A DNA stretch of 64,000 bases from contig JAUPSS010000002.1 in NCBI GenBank assembly GCA_040285825.1, positions 1,984,001 to 2,048,000 of the forward strand, in the 5' to 3' direction. This stretch comes from Eukaryota sp. TZLM1-RC. Its lineage: Eukaryota > Protista > Metamonada: BaSk clade. The notes under the pieces were generated by a model. That model was not told the origin of the DNA and did no database searches. It saw only the letters and a program-made list of their open reading frames with translations. The position numbers and the translations under genes were made by a program. Shown in pieces: positions 1 to 12,242 of the stretch (positions are counted from its first letter, which is position 1; every line of letters begins with the position of its first letter).

Positions 1-5
1 ACGTC

Positions 6-1556
6 TCAAAAGCAACAAAGAGCGGTAAACGATGTACTTGACGATTCATTATTCATAATTTTACTGTTTCTAGTTTTCCAAAGCTCTTGACTGATTGCAG
101 CAAGAAGGGTTTCGGCAGTTTGGCTATCATCGACATTATTGATTGCAATTTCTTTTAATTGAATAATACCCTGTTCAGCGCTTACCGCCTCGCCCAAATA
201 ATGGTGAATCAACACCTTTAACCAAAGTGTTTCAGGCTTATTTGGCTCCATGTGATCAGCATACTCTACATGTGAGAGAGCTTCCTGAAGTTCACCTTGA
301 TCAAAGTAGGCTCTACTAAGGGTCCTCCGTAGCTTACATAGAGCTGCCACATCTGTTTCTGGAAGAATTTTTAACCCTCTTTTGATCCATTCGACTGCCA
401 AAACTGATTGATTATTCTTTAAGGCCAAACTGATTTGTTTCCAGACAACTGTGTGCACAGGATCACTAGAACCAAGAACTGAGCAAGAATCTAATAAGAG
501 AAACGCCTCTTGGTGTTTATTGGCAAGTGAATAAACATTCAAAAGCTTGGCTTTCGAAGTACTATTGGTTGAATCTCTATCAATGGCCGACAATAACAAC
601 TTTTCTGCAGTGTCAAAGTCATTAAACTCCAAAGCCAAATCAACAGCAGAGGTATCTTGATTAGAATTAGTTATGGATTGGAATTCAAAAAGAGATTCTT
701 TAGCTAATTCGGTTCGCTCTAATCGGTATAAAATCTTGGCACATAGCAGTAAACTTGTGCTGGACTGTTCAAGAGAAAGAGAATTTTCAACAACAGTCAA
801 GGCCTGGTCAAGATGATTCTGATTGAAATGACAAATCGCTAATAATCGCAGAACTTTGGCTGTCCTAATGGGTTCTGATCCATCTGCAGCAGCCCCAGAA
901 CCATCAATCAGCTCTGAACAAATACCGTAATGGCCCTCTTGGACCAATGAGGAAGCTGAATTATATACCATTGAAGTAAAATAAGATCTTTCAACTGAGC
1001 AGTCTAGTGAAGATTGTTCCTGGAAAAGATTGTTCAACTCCCGCGAAAGAGAATTCATTTCAGTAAAGTTTTTGGTTTTAAAATGGTAATCAAAATACCA
1101 TATCCTAGCGGCAAATATTGTCCGAAATACTTCAATAGTATTAGGCGAAAAAGAGCGCTCACAGAGTGAAAGTGTGGTGTTGTAGAAGTGTTGGCACTTG
1201 GCATCAATGGAGGAAGGATTGAGTGACGAGTCTTCTTGAGAAGTGGGACAATCTGAATAAAGTTTACCAAGCTTACTGGCAAATTTTGCGAGCTCCAAGG
1301 TGTCTTCACTTGGTTTAGCTGTAAATTGAATGATGGTGTAGGACGCTTCCCGCAAACGACATCCTAGTGAAGAATGTTTCAGTGAGGCAGGGAGCTGTAC
1401 ACATTGATTCCAGAGACGAAGTCCCAGATTACGATCCTGGGGACACAGTTTAGTTGTGTCATTTTTCAAATATTCCTCCAAAAGACAGAGCCGCTCATTG
1501 ATTATTCCAAGGTCTAGGTCCTTTTCCAATAACGGGGTAAGAAGATCGCTAAGCAT
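6..1556 (-). CDS. TEX11: TEX11/ZIP4 (SPO22) meiotic TPR protein, N-terminal part; probably continues past the window edge
   Basis: 516 aa helical/TPR ORF. GLRLWNQCV...CRLREASY...KLGKLY and AKVLRLLAICH resemble TEX11/ZIP4 motifs (LWNW..., AKVLRLLA). The stop at 6-8 follows a T-run (TALCCF*), and one extra T gives TALCCFLR, so it may be a homopolymer indel. Confidence 0.72.
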   Translation of the reverse strand: MLSDLLTPLLEKDLDLGIINERLCLLEEYLKNDTTKLCPQDRNLGLRLWNQCVQLPASLKHSSLGCRLREASYTIIQFTAKPSEDTLELAKFASKLGKLYSDCPTSQEDSSLNPSSIDAKCQHFYNTTLSLCERSFSPNTIEVFRTIFAARIWYFDYHFKTKNFTEMNSLSRELNNLFQEQSSLDCSVERSYFTSMVYNSASSLVQEGHYGICSELIDGSGAAADGSEPIRTAKVLRLLAICHFNQNHLDQALTVVENSLSLEQSSTSLLLCAKILYRLERTELAKESLFEFQSITNSNQDTSAVDLALEFNDFDTAEKLLLSAIDRDSTNSTSKAKLLNVYSLANKHQEAFLLLDSCSVLGSSDPVHTVVWKQISLALKNNQSVLAVEWIKRGLKILPETDVAALCKLRRTLSRAYFDQGELQEALSHVEYADHMEPNKPETLWLKVLIHHYLGEAVSAEQGIIQLKEIAINNVDDSQTAETLLAAISQELWKTRNSKIMNNESSSTSFTALCCF

Positions 1557-1602
1557 TTAGTTGCAGGGAAAATCACATTCAAGAATTCCAAGTTTGTTAT
1601 CT
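1557..1602. promoter_or_regulatory. 46-bp putative bidirectional promoter
   Basis: Divergent ATGs at 1556 (-) and 1603 (+). Confidence 0.5.
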
Positions 1603-2007
1603 ATGTCGTTTCGCACTATTTCAGCAGCAGCAGGACAACCTATTCTTGCACCTGAAGAGCAGCTTTCTTTCTCACTGATGGATGTTGACATGAGAATTGA
1701 TGGAGATGCATGTGGTCTCGGAAATCTGTATGTAACTACCAATCGAATGTTGTTCATACCCGATGCATTTTCTCCTGATGCAATACACACCAAGGGATAC
1801 CTGTTTCCATACACCACGTTCATCACCTTTGGAACAGTACATGAAGGGTTGTATTTTCAATACTCATTGGAGAAGGACAAATTCTCCGAGTGTTTGATGA
1901 AGATGAAAACAGAGCAATCCAAGGTACTATTCGATGTTCTTACAGGTATTATGGAAGGTATTCCTCCAGAAGATGACTCCGAAGAAGATGACGTTATATT
2001 TGGCTGA
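1603..2007 (+). CDS. CLNS1A: pICln / Voldacs-domain methylosome subunit
   Basis: First ATG at 1603. GLGNLYVTTNRMLF...GYLFPY PH-like motif and an acidic C-terminus (PPEDDSEEDD) typical of pICln. Confidence 0.65.
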   Translation: MSFRTISAAAGQPILAPEEQLSFSLMDVDMRIDGDACGLGNLYVTTNRMLFIPDAFSPDAIHTKGYLFPYTTFITFGTVHEGLYFQYSLEKDKFSECLMKMKTEQSKVLFDVLTGIMEGIPPEDDSEEDDVIFG

Positions 2008-2171
2008 TTGAACAAATCTTTATTCAAGAATCAAATTTAAAATGTGGTATATCCTTATTAATTGATAATTATTAGTCAAATATATATTTTTGGTCATAAT
2101 GTGTAGCTGTTTAAAAGAAACACAGAAAATTGAAATTAAATTTTGAGTAATTGAATATTAAATTTGAAGAA

Positions 2172-2996
2172 TTAATTAATTTCCTTCTGAAGAAGTTGCG
2201 CTACTTCTTCATATAATTTGTAATTTAATTGATTGAAGATTGAAGACGATTCAATAAAACTGGTTGATCCAACCATCTCAATTGAACCTTTTAATTCCAT
2301 TAACAATTCTTGAATTTCGAAGAGTTTTTTGAATTCTTGAAAAGCTTCATTAAAGAAATTAATTACTTCCGAATCATAGTTAGAGGGCTTATGTCGTTTG
2401 GTGTTAGTTAATAATGATTTAACGAATTGACAAAAACTATTTAATTCATTTGATAATTTCAATATTAATTCTCCTAATTTTGAAAATTGTTCTGCACTTG
2501 CTAGCTTTGAAGGAGTTCTTCCATTTATACGTATAACCAAATCGGCGCTAACACCCTTCACTTCAGTTAGCCTTTCATCCAACTGATTCAGCGACAGTGG
2601 GGTAGTCTTGATTGATTTTAAAGAAGCACGTACATCAGGAGGCAGGAAAGAGGGCGTCGTGCTGAAGAGTGATTGTGCGTTAGAACACAGAGCATGAAGA
2701 AATGGTACATCATTGTGCGAAGAGGTAGATTCTGTGTTACATTGATGGGCAAATGCTGCAAGATCTGATAAAAAATCTGCCCTTGATTTAGCTTTTTCAA
2801 AATCAAACCCAAGAAGCTTGGTGAACTCTATAAGGGAAGATAGGGTACGATCAATTTGACAACGTGAAGTGGTCTCCAACAACTTCTCCAGTATGAATAA
2901 CCATAAATCTACATAAAAACTGTCATCAGATAGATCCACATCATCAGACAGTGCAAAAGGATAATTCAAAAGTTGTAGATTGTAGGATAGAGTCAT
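2172..2996 (-). CDS. Augmin subunit 7 (AUG7/HAUS7)-like coiled-coil protein
   Basis: LQLLNYPFA...LWLFILEKLL, KLLG and SLFSTTPSFLPPDV parallel plant AUG7 motifs (LNYP, WLFFRLLG, IFSEECKLFPADV); C-terminal coiled coil. Confidence 0.5.
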   Translation of the reverse strand: MTLSYNLQLLNYPFALSDDVDLSDDSFYVDLWLFILEKLLETTSRCQIDRTLSSLIEFTKLLGFDFEKAKSRADFLSDLAAFAHQCNTESTSSHNDVPFLHALCSNAQSLFSTTPSFLPPDVRASLKSIKTTPLSLNQLDERLTEVKGVSADLVIRINGRTPSKLASAEQFSKLGELILKLSNELNSFCQFVKSLLTNTKRHKPSNYDSEVINFFNEAFQEFKKLFEIQELLMELKGSIEMVGSTSFIESSSIFNQLNYKLYEEVAQLLQKEIN

Positions 2997-3386
2997 TGTT
3001 ACAGATATTGTCTATATCAATGAGGTAAATATCCTTTTGACAATGATGTAGGGGGACTGAGTTGTTCAGTAGTTGATTTACTTTTTGTCAAAAAGAGATA
3101 AAACTTTGTTATACTGCTCCATCACCACTGCTAACATGTGCTTCGATTTCAGGTCAACAAAATCCACCAAATATTTTGATCTCTATTGCACAACTTTTTA
3201 CGTGATTTGCTTACAATTAGGTAAGCCCGTGAGGAACAAACATCTCATGCGCTTTTCCTTAGCCCTATTTTTCTGCACTATTTGAATTTTTCATCTATTT
3301 TTTCTGCTGTCTCACAATTGAAATAAAGAACGGAAACAAGAACTGGTTCTAATTTCATCAATTAAAATTTTTCAAGGTTACATTAA

Positions 3387-3561
3387 TTTATTCCAATGAC
3401 TAATTAAGAAGCTTAGAATTCTATATCTTCGTACCCGAGATCAGCCAAAAAGAATCGACTAGAAGTTTTTCCTTCAAAATAACGACCAAGAGATAATAAT
3501 GCAGAAGATAATAAGGGGACAACACCTCTAAAAATTGAAAATGCAATTCTGTTCTGCCAAA
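3387..3561 (-). mobile_element. 3' end of non-LTR retrotransposon family B, split off by a nested insertion
   Basis: Reads QNRIAFSIFRGVVPLLSSALLSLG...GYEDIEF*, the direct continuation of FDKMFWQN at ~5216. Confidence 0.75.
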
Positions 3562-5215
3562 GCAACTGTATGTTTTAAAGAATTATTTACCAAAATTGGT
3601 CTCCGACTTAATTTACTTAAATGTGTTTTGTTATCGAATTCTCCAGTTTCCACAATAATTGATGATATTGAAATTCAAGCCAAATTATATTCAATTGATG
3701 CTATTCGTCATTTGGGTTCGTTTTTAGGAAATAATGATGAAATTACCAAAAAATTGTTTGAAAAGTTGAACTCAATTTCTGACAAAATTGACCGAATGAT
3801 GAATTTAGATATAAAAAAACACATCAAATTTACCATTATAAGACTGTGTTTTAGTTCCAATTTTAATCATATATTTCGATCTACAAATCCTCTCGTCACT
3901 AGACCTTTGGCTCAAAAAGTTTAATGAGTTACGTGCAAAAGTTCTGTCTCAATTACTGGGATGTAAAATGTTTCAAATTCCAGATCATGCTTACCTTAGT
4001 CCACATTATGGTGGTTTAGGGTGGACGAAGGCTTCTATTCTTACCTCGTGTGCTTTTGTTGGTGGATGCAGAAATGCAATCTTTGAGTTTTCCGAAAGAT
4101 TTGCAGATTGGGAAGATTTATTGATGACAACGCAAAGTTCCACTGTTTTTGCATTAAATGAAGAAATTTCAAGAATTGATGTAGAAAAATGGGGTCGATG
4201 TTTTCCCCAATCATTCAATGGCAATATTCCAGAAAAAAATGTTTTAAATTTGAAGTACACTCTTCGAACATTACAGAAAAGATTGACTGGAATGTATGAA
4301 AAAGATCTTTATAATAATATTTGCAGCTCGGCTGTTTTAAATCAAGATCTTCACTCATTGTTATTGGAAAAGGGTGTTTGTGAAAACAAGGCGTCAGATT
4401 CTTCACTTTTTGTAACCATTGTACCACGAAGATTTGGATTGTGTGCCACTAATGAAGCATTTGTAACAAAAATGAGATTATATTTGAACATCCCCATTAA
4501 CCAATTATTATCAAAAGAAAAATGTATTTGTTCGAATTCACCTCAACTCACTTTGCGCCATGCTCTAAATTGCTCTAAATTGATAACTTATCGTTCTTCA
4601 TTACATGATGCTGTTAGAGACACTGTTTTCAATATGGCACAAACTGCAAGGATATCGTGTATCAAAGAGCCCCTGCTGAAAGAAACACTTTCTCTGAATA
4701 ATTTTGGTTCTGATGATAGAGGTGATGTATACTGTGATTGGATTGATAATTCTGAAGCTATTGTTGACTTTGTCTCATGTAATGTTGCAAACGATACTTT
4801 GGTTCACAGAAGAAAACTTAATCCTGTGGCTGCTCTGGATTTTAAAAGCAAAAGAAAAACATAGAAAATATGATAAAGAAATTGAAGATGCAAATGTCGA
4901 TAGAAATACACAGCTGGTTTTTATTGCTTTCCCATTTTCGATAAATGGAAGATTATCAGTTGAAGCAGAAACTTTTTTGGATGACTTCCAAAAAATGGTG
5001 AAAGAAAAAACAATGAAAAGATTTGATATTTTTTATGGCGTTCACGGATTCAATTTGCCATTATTAATAGATTACCGCGGTTTTTCAATCGAATTAGAGA
5101 AGCTTTAGCTAGACAGCAAGCAAATCAAGATTTTGTAGAGGAAATCTTGGTTTAATGATAGTCGTCCCATTAGTTATGATTTAATTTAATCAAGTGTGCA
5201 AATTCAATAAATTGA
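3562..5215 (+). mobile_element. 5'-truncated RT+RLE non-LTR retrotransposon, family A copy 1
   Basis: RT C-terminus (RHLGSFLG, GGLG), CCHC knuckle CICSNSPQLTLRHALNC, HDAVRD, RGDVYCDW...VDF RLE motif, 3' UTR ending in AATAAA. Flanked by TSD GTTCTGCCAAA (3551-3561 / 5216-5226). Near-identical to 36484-38066. Confidence 0.9.
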
Positions 5216-6090
5216 GTTCTGCCAAAACATTTTGTCAAAAATTATTCCTGTACATTGTTTCACAATTTCAACAAAATCATCCAAAAAAGATAAAACAAGT
5301 GGTCCAAGCGTACCATGTAAGGAAAAAGCAAATGGGAAAGGGACATAATGAGTGTAAGATTCAGCATTCAAAGATACCCACTTTGTTTTATATTTATCAA
5401 TTTTGGTTTTTTCGAAAATGGATAAGGACATCCTTATATTTTGACTGAGCTAACGGTATAAAAGAATCATTACACACATCGGCAAATTTCACATCATTGA
5501 TGATGGTCGTCCCTTCAAGATTTTCAAGCATCAAGTCATCTCTAGTGCGACCAAAAGAAGTCAAAGTATGTTCATAAACCAAACGAGAAAGTAATGGTTG
5601 AAAATAGGAAACAATTCTGTGTGATCTTGAGCTACAGTAGAGTTGATCCCTAACTGCATCTGAAACTTTTGATCGGAAAGTAATAAAGTGTTTACTACTA
5701 AAACGGTGCTTTAAAGAAATTTGTGATCCACACATACAAATCAAATTATGAGGCATGTTATCAGAGCAAATGAAAACTCGATGACGCATTGTACAAGAAA
5801 ATGTAGTATCATCTAAGAGCAGACCATAGATTTGAGGAATCTGAGTGATTGAACACGAAGAGGAACTGGTTTTGGCATGTTATTGGAAGTTAGCGAAAGT
5901 CAGATTATCATTTTTTGCCGAGCCAAGACGAACATTAAAATCCAAGCCTTCAAAGATTACTGTTAATTTTTGCTGCAATTTTCAAACACAATACCTCAAA
6001 TTTTCTAGTTTTCTAGGTGGTATTTCAAAAAACATTTACTCCAAATGTCAGAGGACACACAATCGAGAGCATTTTCAAGATCTGTCAAAT
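5216..6090 (-). mobile_element. Degenerate non-LTR retrotransposon family B (RLE region)
   Basis: CMCG...DAVRDQLY, RDDL...ND and YVPFPFAFSLHGTLG...FWQN fragments, with frameshifts. Confidence 0.8.
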
Positions 6091-6114
6091 AACAACATTT
6101 TTTTAATAATTTTA

Positions 6115-7500
6115 ATTTATTATTAAACTACAGTCTAAAAGTCAATATCTTCAAAACAAGCTTCCACACCATCAAACCTCACAACAGCAATTCCTTCGTC
6201 ATGTGCACTGACAGCCATCAAAGCTTTCGAAATCATTTTAGGAATTGATTTGAAAATAGTAAAAACAATACAATTTAGCCACAAGCGACGATCAAAGCGC
6301 TTATTCATTCTTCTGTTCACAAGATTTTCAAAATCATCAATAAAATTCATAGCAGTATTTCCAAGATGACCATACAACGATATAGCAAATGGGCAAATTT
6401 GGTAATCTAAATGGCGAACATGTTTCAATTTTTTTAAAGGATTTGCATATTTTTTCCGTTTGTACAATTCGGAGTGATCAAGAGGGGATACTTCGGATTG
6501 TGCATTTTTTAAGGCATTTTTTTGCAAACATCCACTGTTACGACATCAACAACATTCATGACATCATCAAACGAGGGCACAACAACATCAGCACGTCGTT
6601 TTCCATATTCTGAATCTTTTACGCTTTCATTTATATCAAGAGAACTCAGCAAAGGTTCTACAAAAGATTCAATATGATAGGAATTACACATTGCATGGAT
6701 TTGATCTCTGACTGCATCATGCAACGTAGAACAATAGGAAATAAAGCTATTACAATTAAATAAATGTGATAATGTCAAACCAGCTCCACATTTGCAAAAC
6801 AAATCATTGGGCAAATTACAAGGCCATAAATAACAACGCATTCTCATAGCAGTGGTCCATTGGTCGTCATTCAAAAATAGGCCATAAATCTGGGGAATTT
6901 GATTTATCAAAACTGCAGATGAACTGTCCTTCAAATCAATCAAAAAATTTGCAAAAGCAGGATTTTCTTTCTTAGCTGTGCTAAGTCGAACAATAAAATC
7001 CTTGCTTTCGAATTTTTTCAAAAGATGTCGTTGGAGCTTTTTCAACGCAAATTTTAAAGAATACAAACTTCTGTCTGGAACTTCTTGAATGGATATGGGG
7101 AAACATGATTGCCAAAAGTCGGGAGATAAACTGGATATTTCTTCTCCTAAGTTATCGAGGAATAGGCTATTTGTAGTTTCAAGAAGATTTTCGGCAAAAG
7201 GATATCTTCTAGAGAATTCAAATACAAAATTTTTTCCACCACCAATAAATGCAGCTTTGGTCAAATATTTTGATGAATTGAATCCAACACCGCCAAGTTG
7301 AACATCAGAAAAAATATGATTTTTCAAAATTGATGGATTAACAGACATTAAATAAGCCAAAAATACAGTACGTATTTTGTTAAATTGTCTACAAAAATTG
7401 TAAGTTAGGGATGGAGGCAATGATCTCAGTAAATGAGTAATTTTTCCAGCATAACAAATTTTCAAAAGAAAAAACTTAAGATGTTTTTCCAATTCAAGGG
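6115..7500 (-). mobile_element. 5'-truncated non-LTR retrotransposon family C
   Basis: KHLKFFLLKICYAGK, LGGVG, CKCG..HLFNC, HDAVRD, RRADVVV..VVDV; one frameshift in an A/T run at ~6517-6523. Confidence 0.85.
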
Positions 7501-7839
7501 TCTTTATAATAATAATAACAACATCACTTTCAGAATTCAGGAAATCAACATCATTTTGTCAGTGGTTACCAATTCAACACTAAAGTTTTCCCTCTACCAA
7601 AGAAAGCAGCTTCACAAAGAATCAAAGATTTAGTGAAACAAATACCACCAAATGCCAGATGATCAAAGAATATGACTTCGAATCAGATCAGGATTAAAAT
7701 CAATCAAAGACGCAAAAATTTGAGATCTCATAGTTAAAAGACCAGTAAAATTTACGTGAAATTTTTGGAGAAGTTGATCTCAAATTGTGAGTTTTTTTTA
7801 CCTCAGTAACAAGTCTTTGAAATAAAAAACTTATTTAAA

Positions 7840-8290
7840 ATTCGATTAAAAAGACCTTTGCAAATAAATCATACAATTTCCTTTCGTGGGTTTCTATGGT
7901 TTCAATATGTTTTCGTTGTTTCCGGTGTGCAATTCCGCAAACACCTTGGTAGGCATCACTAAATGTTTCATTTACATCTCTTCATCGTTTGCGTATCAGA
8001 TCTTGTGCGGTTCATCTCAGCACACCATTTCAGTTTCCTCAATTTTTTTGTTGCTAAACACCAAAGACGATTCTATTTACAATTGTTTTTGGTTAAACTG
8101 CATGTCAAATTTGCAGTTTTTGAAGTCAAACTGTAAATTCAGATGCTTCTCAATCTGCTGTAGATTTAGTTGTGTGATCGTTGTTACTTAAGTTCAATGC
8201 TCAATAGATTCAATCTTTGTTGTTGCTCTTTGCATAGCTCATAATTGGATGGATCAATCACTCTGCAAGTAGACTTATTGTGATAAGTGT
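7840..8290 (-). pseudogene. Highly degenerate Fanzor remnant, same family as 25565-26090
   Basis: Manual translation of the - strand gives VIDP, LRKLKWCAEMNRTRSDTQTMKRCK, DAYQGVCGIAH..QRKH..PTKG and VFLIE, matching FRKLRWWTEINRTRSEAKMIQRFK...EPTKG...VFLIDE of the 25.7 kb copy. Confidence 0.65.
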
Positions 8291-8699
8291 GTCGCACCCA
8301 ATTCTATTTTTCTTTTAAATACTCTATTTTTCCGTTAAATATTCTATTTTGATTTTAAATTTGGTACTGTTGGACTCAGATCTTCGTTGATTTTGAATGT
8401 ACCTAAAATGAACATGTGTATCACTTTTAAGTTTTTATGTTTTGCTAAGTTTTTGTGAATGAGTCAATCTGCTAAGTAAATTTGCAAAAAATTAGAGCAA
8501 ATTGGAGCAAAACTCAGCTTCATATTGATCAGCAGCAGCAAGGGTATATTCTTCTTAGTGTGTTCAATTATACATTTTTTGGATTGTTCTTGTTGAGGGA
8601 ACCTCCATTTCCAATCAACAGTTTCAAGCATTCCTTCTTGATAAACAAATACTCAAAAATTGTACATGCGTTCATTAGGAAGTTTCAAGGAGTATTTGA

Positions 8700-9300
8700 G
8701 TCACTCATTGAAGAACATTTCCAAATTGATAGAAAACTATTTACGCATTTTTGTAAGTTCTCACAATTTGTATTTAAAAATAAAAAGGTTTATAAACTGG
8801 GTATGACAACAACGTTATTGAGTTACATCATTCAGAATAATAGAAATCATGACGAATAACCATTAGACCGTTTGGTAATGTTTTTGGACATATTGATTGA
8901 AACAATTCGCAAACATGACTTGATAATACTGTTGGGAACAGTTGTGCTGATTTAAATACACCTGGTTTTATCGAGTAATCAAAATTTTTTGATTTTGTCA
9001 CTGCTGATGTTTGTAAAGAATAGACAGTGGATATTGCCAACAGAGAGGAAAACCCCTATGTTTTGCTCAAACGACAAAATCAAAAAATACAAGAAACCTC
9101 GGTCTCAACTCGGTCAAATGGAGCATGTAAAAAAGCAGAATGTTCTTTTTGCGTCCAAATATCCTGTATGAAATTTCTCGAAGGTTCCAGAACGTTTAAT
9201 AAAAGAAAGAGCAGGAAAGAATTGAAATTTTATTTTCTGACACAATAAAATTGTTTTTAATATTCTCAAAGATATTCCAGAAATTTTAAACAAAGTAGTG
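8700..9300 (+). mobile_element. Heavily decayed non-LTR RLE-region fragment
   Basis: KIKKYKKP...LGQMEHV resembles family E KIKKYEEPLAQLGRVEHV. Confidence 0.5.
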
Positions 9301-9315
9301 TTACAATCACGGATA

Positions 9316-9579
9316 TTGGACCTTCAGGGTTGCACATTTTTGCAAATTTCAAAAAAAAGTTACTGAATAGGTCTGGTAAAACAATGAATTCCACTTTCTG
9401 GTTAAATAGAATTGTTTTTTGCATTTTCGAGTCTATTCCAACAATGATTTCAAAGGCACTTTTAGCTAGTGGTGTAGAATATGAACGTATTGCTGTGAGT
9501 AGGTTTAGTAATAGTGGAGCTTGTTTGCAGGATATTGAACTCTAGATAGATTTTGTTTTCTCAATGAATATTCCAGTTA
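9316..9579 (+). mobile_element. Short 5'-truncated family E insertion with 11-bp TSD
   Basis: Matches the 3' end of 23700-24315 and 40135-40655; flanked by AATCACGGATA at 9305-9315 and 9580-9590. Confidence 0.85.
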
Positions 9580-9889
9580 AATCACGGATACAGTATGAAA
9601 ATCGTGCACTAAAAACATTTGATGATTTTAATGAGTGTATTGAGAATATATAGTTCTAGTTTTATATTAAAGAAAGTTCTATGTTAGTTGTTTTGTTTGA
9701 TTTTGAAACATGAGTAAGCTTTAATGAAATAATAGAACTTTCAGGGTCATGAAAAACGTCTGTATTGAACTCATCAATTCGATTGCCAATTACGCATTGA
9801 ATGTATTCACTGAATCTGGTTTCTTGTTGAGTTTTATCGTCTCCTTGCATTTGATTGTTTGCCATGAGAACTTTTTTTTGAAAACAGAA

Positions 9890-10723
9890 ATTTTATTTAT
9901 CAAATACCGAATAGAAAGTCATCAAATACACAACTAAAAACTCGACCTCCTCAAAACCTGCCTCTTCTACATCAAAACAGTTAATTACTAAAAATTCAGA
10001 AAATTTGCCAAAAGAAGAAAGTGAATCAGAAATAAATTCCACCATTCCCTTCTAAAAAGAAAATACAATTCTGTTTTGCCAGTAAACACGATTAAGATTT
10101 CTTCCACTTCTTTTCTTTACAACTACATTTCCATCCTCAAGCAAAGCCAAAGCAGCCTTACCTAAAGATCCGAGCATGGAAAAAACAAAGGGACATAAAT
10201 TATATTGGGCATCAGAATTTTCATTGACAGATGAAATAGGTTTCGCGTATTTAGCGATTTTGTACACTCCCCCTCCGCAAAAAGAGGATTATTGACAGCA
10301 GAATTGATGACGTGTTCGTAAGAAGAGTTACAAAGGTCAATGGACATGGCATCTAAAATAGTAAAACTACCATTTAAGCTGGCAACAATCAAATCATCTC
10401 TTGTCAGACCCATAGAAGCTCTATCGTAGCGCGTATTGATCAATATTGGGGTCATCAAGAATTAATTTTGACAGTAAAGGCTCTAAAAAGGGATCTACAC
10501 GATATGATTTTCATATGACATGAATTTGGTCCCTGACATTATTATGTACTTTACTTCTAAAGTGAACTTTACTAAAAAAATGCTTACAGTTCGGTAGATG
10601 AGTTAATAAAAGAGGTTTACCACATTTACATGTTAAATGATTAGGCAAATTGTTTGGCCATAGAAAACAACGAAAACGCATGTTTAAAGCCATTCATTGT
10701 TTTTTAAAAGAAGTCCATAAATA
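9890..10723 (-). mobile_element. Non-LTR family D 3' portion (degenerate)
   Basis: Homologous to 32456-33328 (CKCGKPLLLTH, YWQNRIVFS). Confidence 0.85.
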
Positions 10724-11583
10724 TTTATTGAACATGCACACTTAATTAAATTAATTCATAACTAATGGGACGAAATTCATTGAACCAAGATTTCCTCTAC
10801 AAAATCTTGCTTTGCTTGCTGTCTCGCTAAAGTTTCTCTGATTCGATTGAAAAACCAAGGCAATCTATCAATTATGGCAAATTGAATCCGAAAGCGCCAT
10901 TAAAAGATATCAAAACTTTTCATTGGTTTTTCTTGAACCATTTTTTGGAAATCATTCAAAAAAATTCTTGCCTCTAAAGCTAGTCTTCCGTTTATAGAAA
11001 TAGGGAAAGCACTAAAAACTAGTGCTCTATTTCTATCAGCATTAGCTTCTTCAATATTTTTGTCATATTGTCCATGTTTTTCATTCGCATTGTATTCAAG
11101 AGCACTTACAGAATTAAGTTTCCTTCATTCAACCAAAGTATCTTTTGCACCATTACAGGATAAAAAATCAACAACAGCTTCAGAGTTCTCAATCCAATCA
11201 CAGTAGACATCACCTCTATCATCAGAACCAAAATTATTCAATGACAGTGTTTCCTTCAGCAGAGGTTCTTTGATACACGAAAATCTTGCAGTTTGTGCCA
11301 TATTCAAAACAGTGTCTCTAACAGCATCATGTAATGAAGAACGATAAGTTATCAATTTCGAACAATTCAGAGCATGTCGCAAAGTGAGCTGAGGTGAATT
11401 CGAACAAATACATTTTTCTTTTGATAATAATTGATTAATGGGGACATTCAAATATAATCTCATTTTTGTTACAAACGCTTTATCAGTAGCACACAGTCCA
11501 AATCTTCGTGGTACAATGGTTACAAACAGTGAAGAATCTGATGACTGGTTTTCACAAACACCCTTTTCCAATAACAATGAGCG
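10724..11583 (-). mobile_element. Older family A copy nested in family D
   Basis: Same CCHC and RGDVYCDW motifs; flanked by AAGAAGTCCAT(A/G)AATA at 10708-10723 and 11584-11599. Confidence 0.85.
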
Positions 11584-11599
11584 AAGAAGTCCATGAATA

Positions 11600-11870
11600 G
11601 AAGGATAACAAAAAAAATGACTGCGAATCAAAGATTCATTAACTTCTAATATAGAAGAAAAGAATTTGAACTAGTAAAAAAAGTTTGTTACAAGACCTGC
11701 AAAAATTGAGAGACGCCGAGGGACTTGTTGATCTTAGAATAGTAGTGAATTTTCCTGAATAACAAAATTTTAAAATACAAAATTTGATGTGTTTTTCAAT
11801 GTCACATTCAGCAATAAAACTAAGGACCTTGTCAAATTTGTCCAATAAATCGTTTAACTGGGAAAAAATT
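11600..11870 (-). mobile_element. Family D RT-thumb fragment
   Basis: FDKVLSFIAECDIEKHIKFCILKFCYSGKF matches 33527-34483. Confidence 0.8.
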
Positions 11871-12242
11871 TTATGACAAGTGATAGTATCATCTGTACTC
11901 TTAACCTGATAGTGTTCCGTTTCCTTTGGTAAATCTGGCCTTTTGACACAGTTGAAGTACGAAATGGTATAGCGAATTTTGTTAATTTCATTTAGATATT
12001 TTCTCAAAATGGTATATCAGTGCTTCTGATTCAGGGATATCACAATCATCAGTACAATTAACGAATTCTTGAATCAAAATAATCTTCAACAGCATCCTGA
12101 CAGGTTCAAGAACACCTTGAATTAATTTACAAAAGCTACTGATTAAACAGGAGAAGATACTTGTAAGAAGGGATAGTCATTAGAACGTTTGATTTCAGTA
12201 TACTTCAATCAGAGTCATTCAAAATTTTCATTCTTGGTGAGA

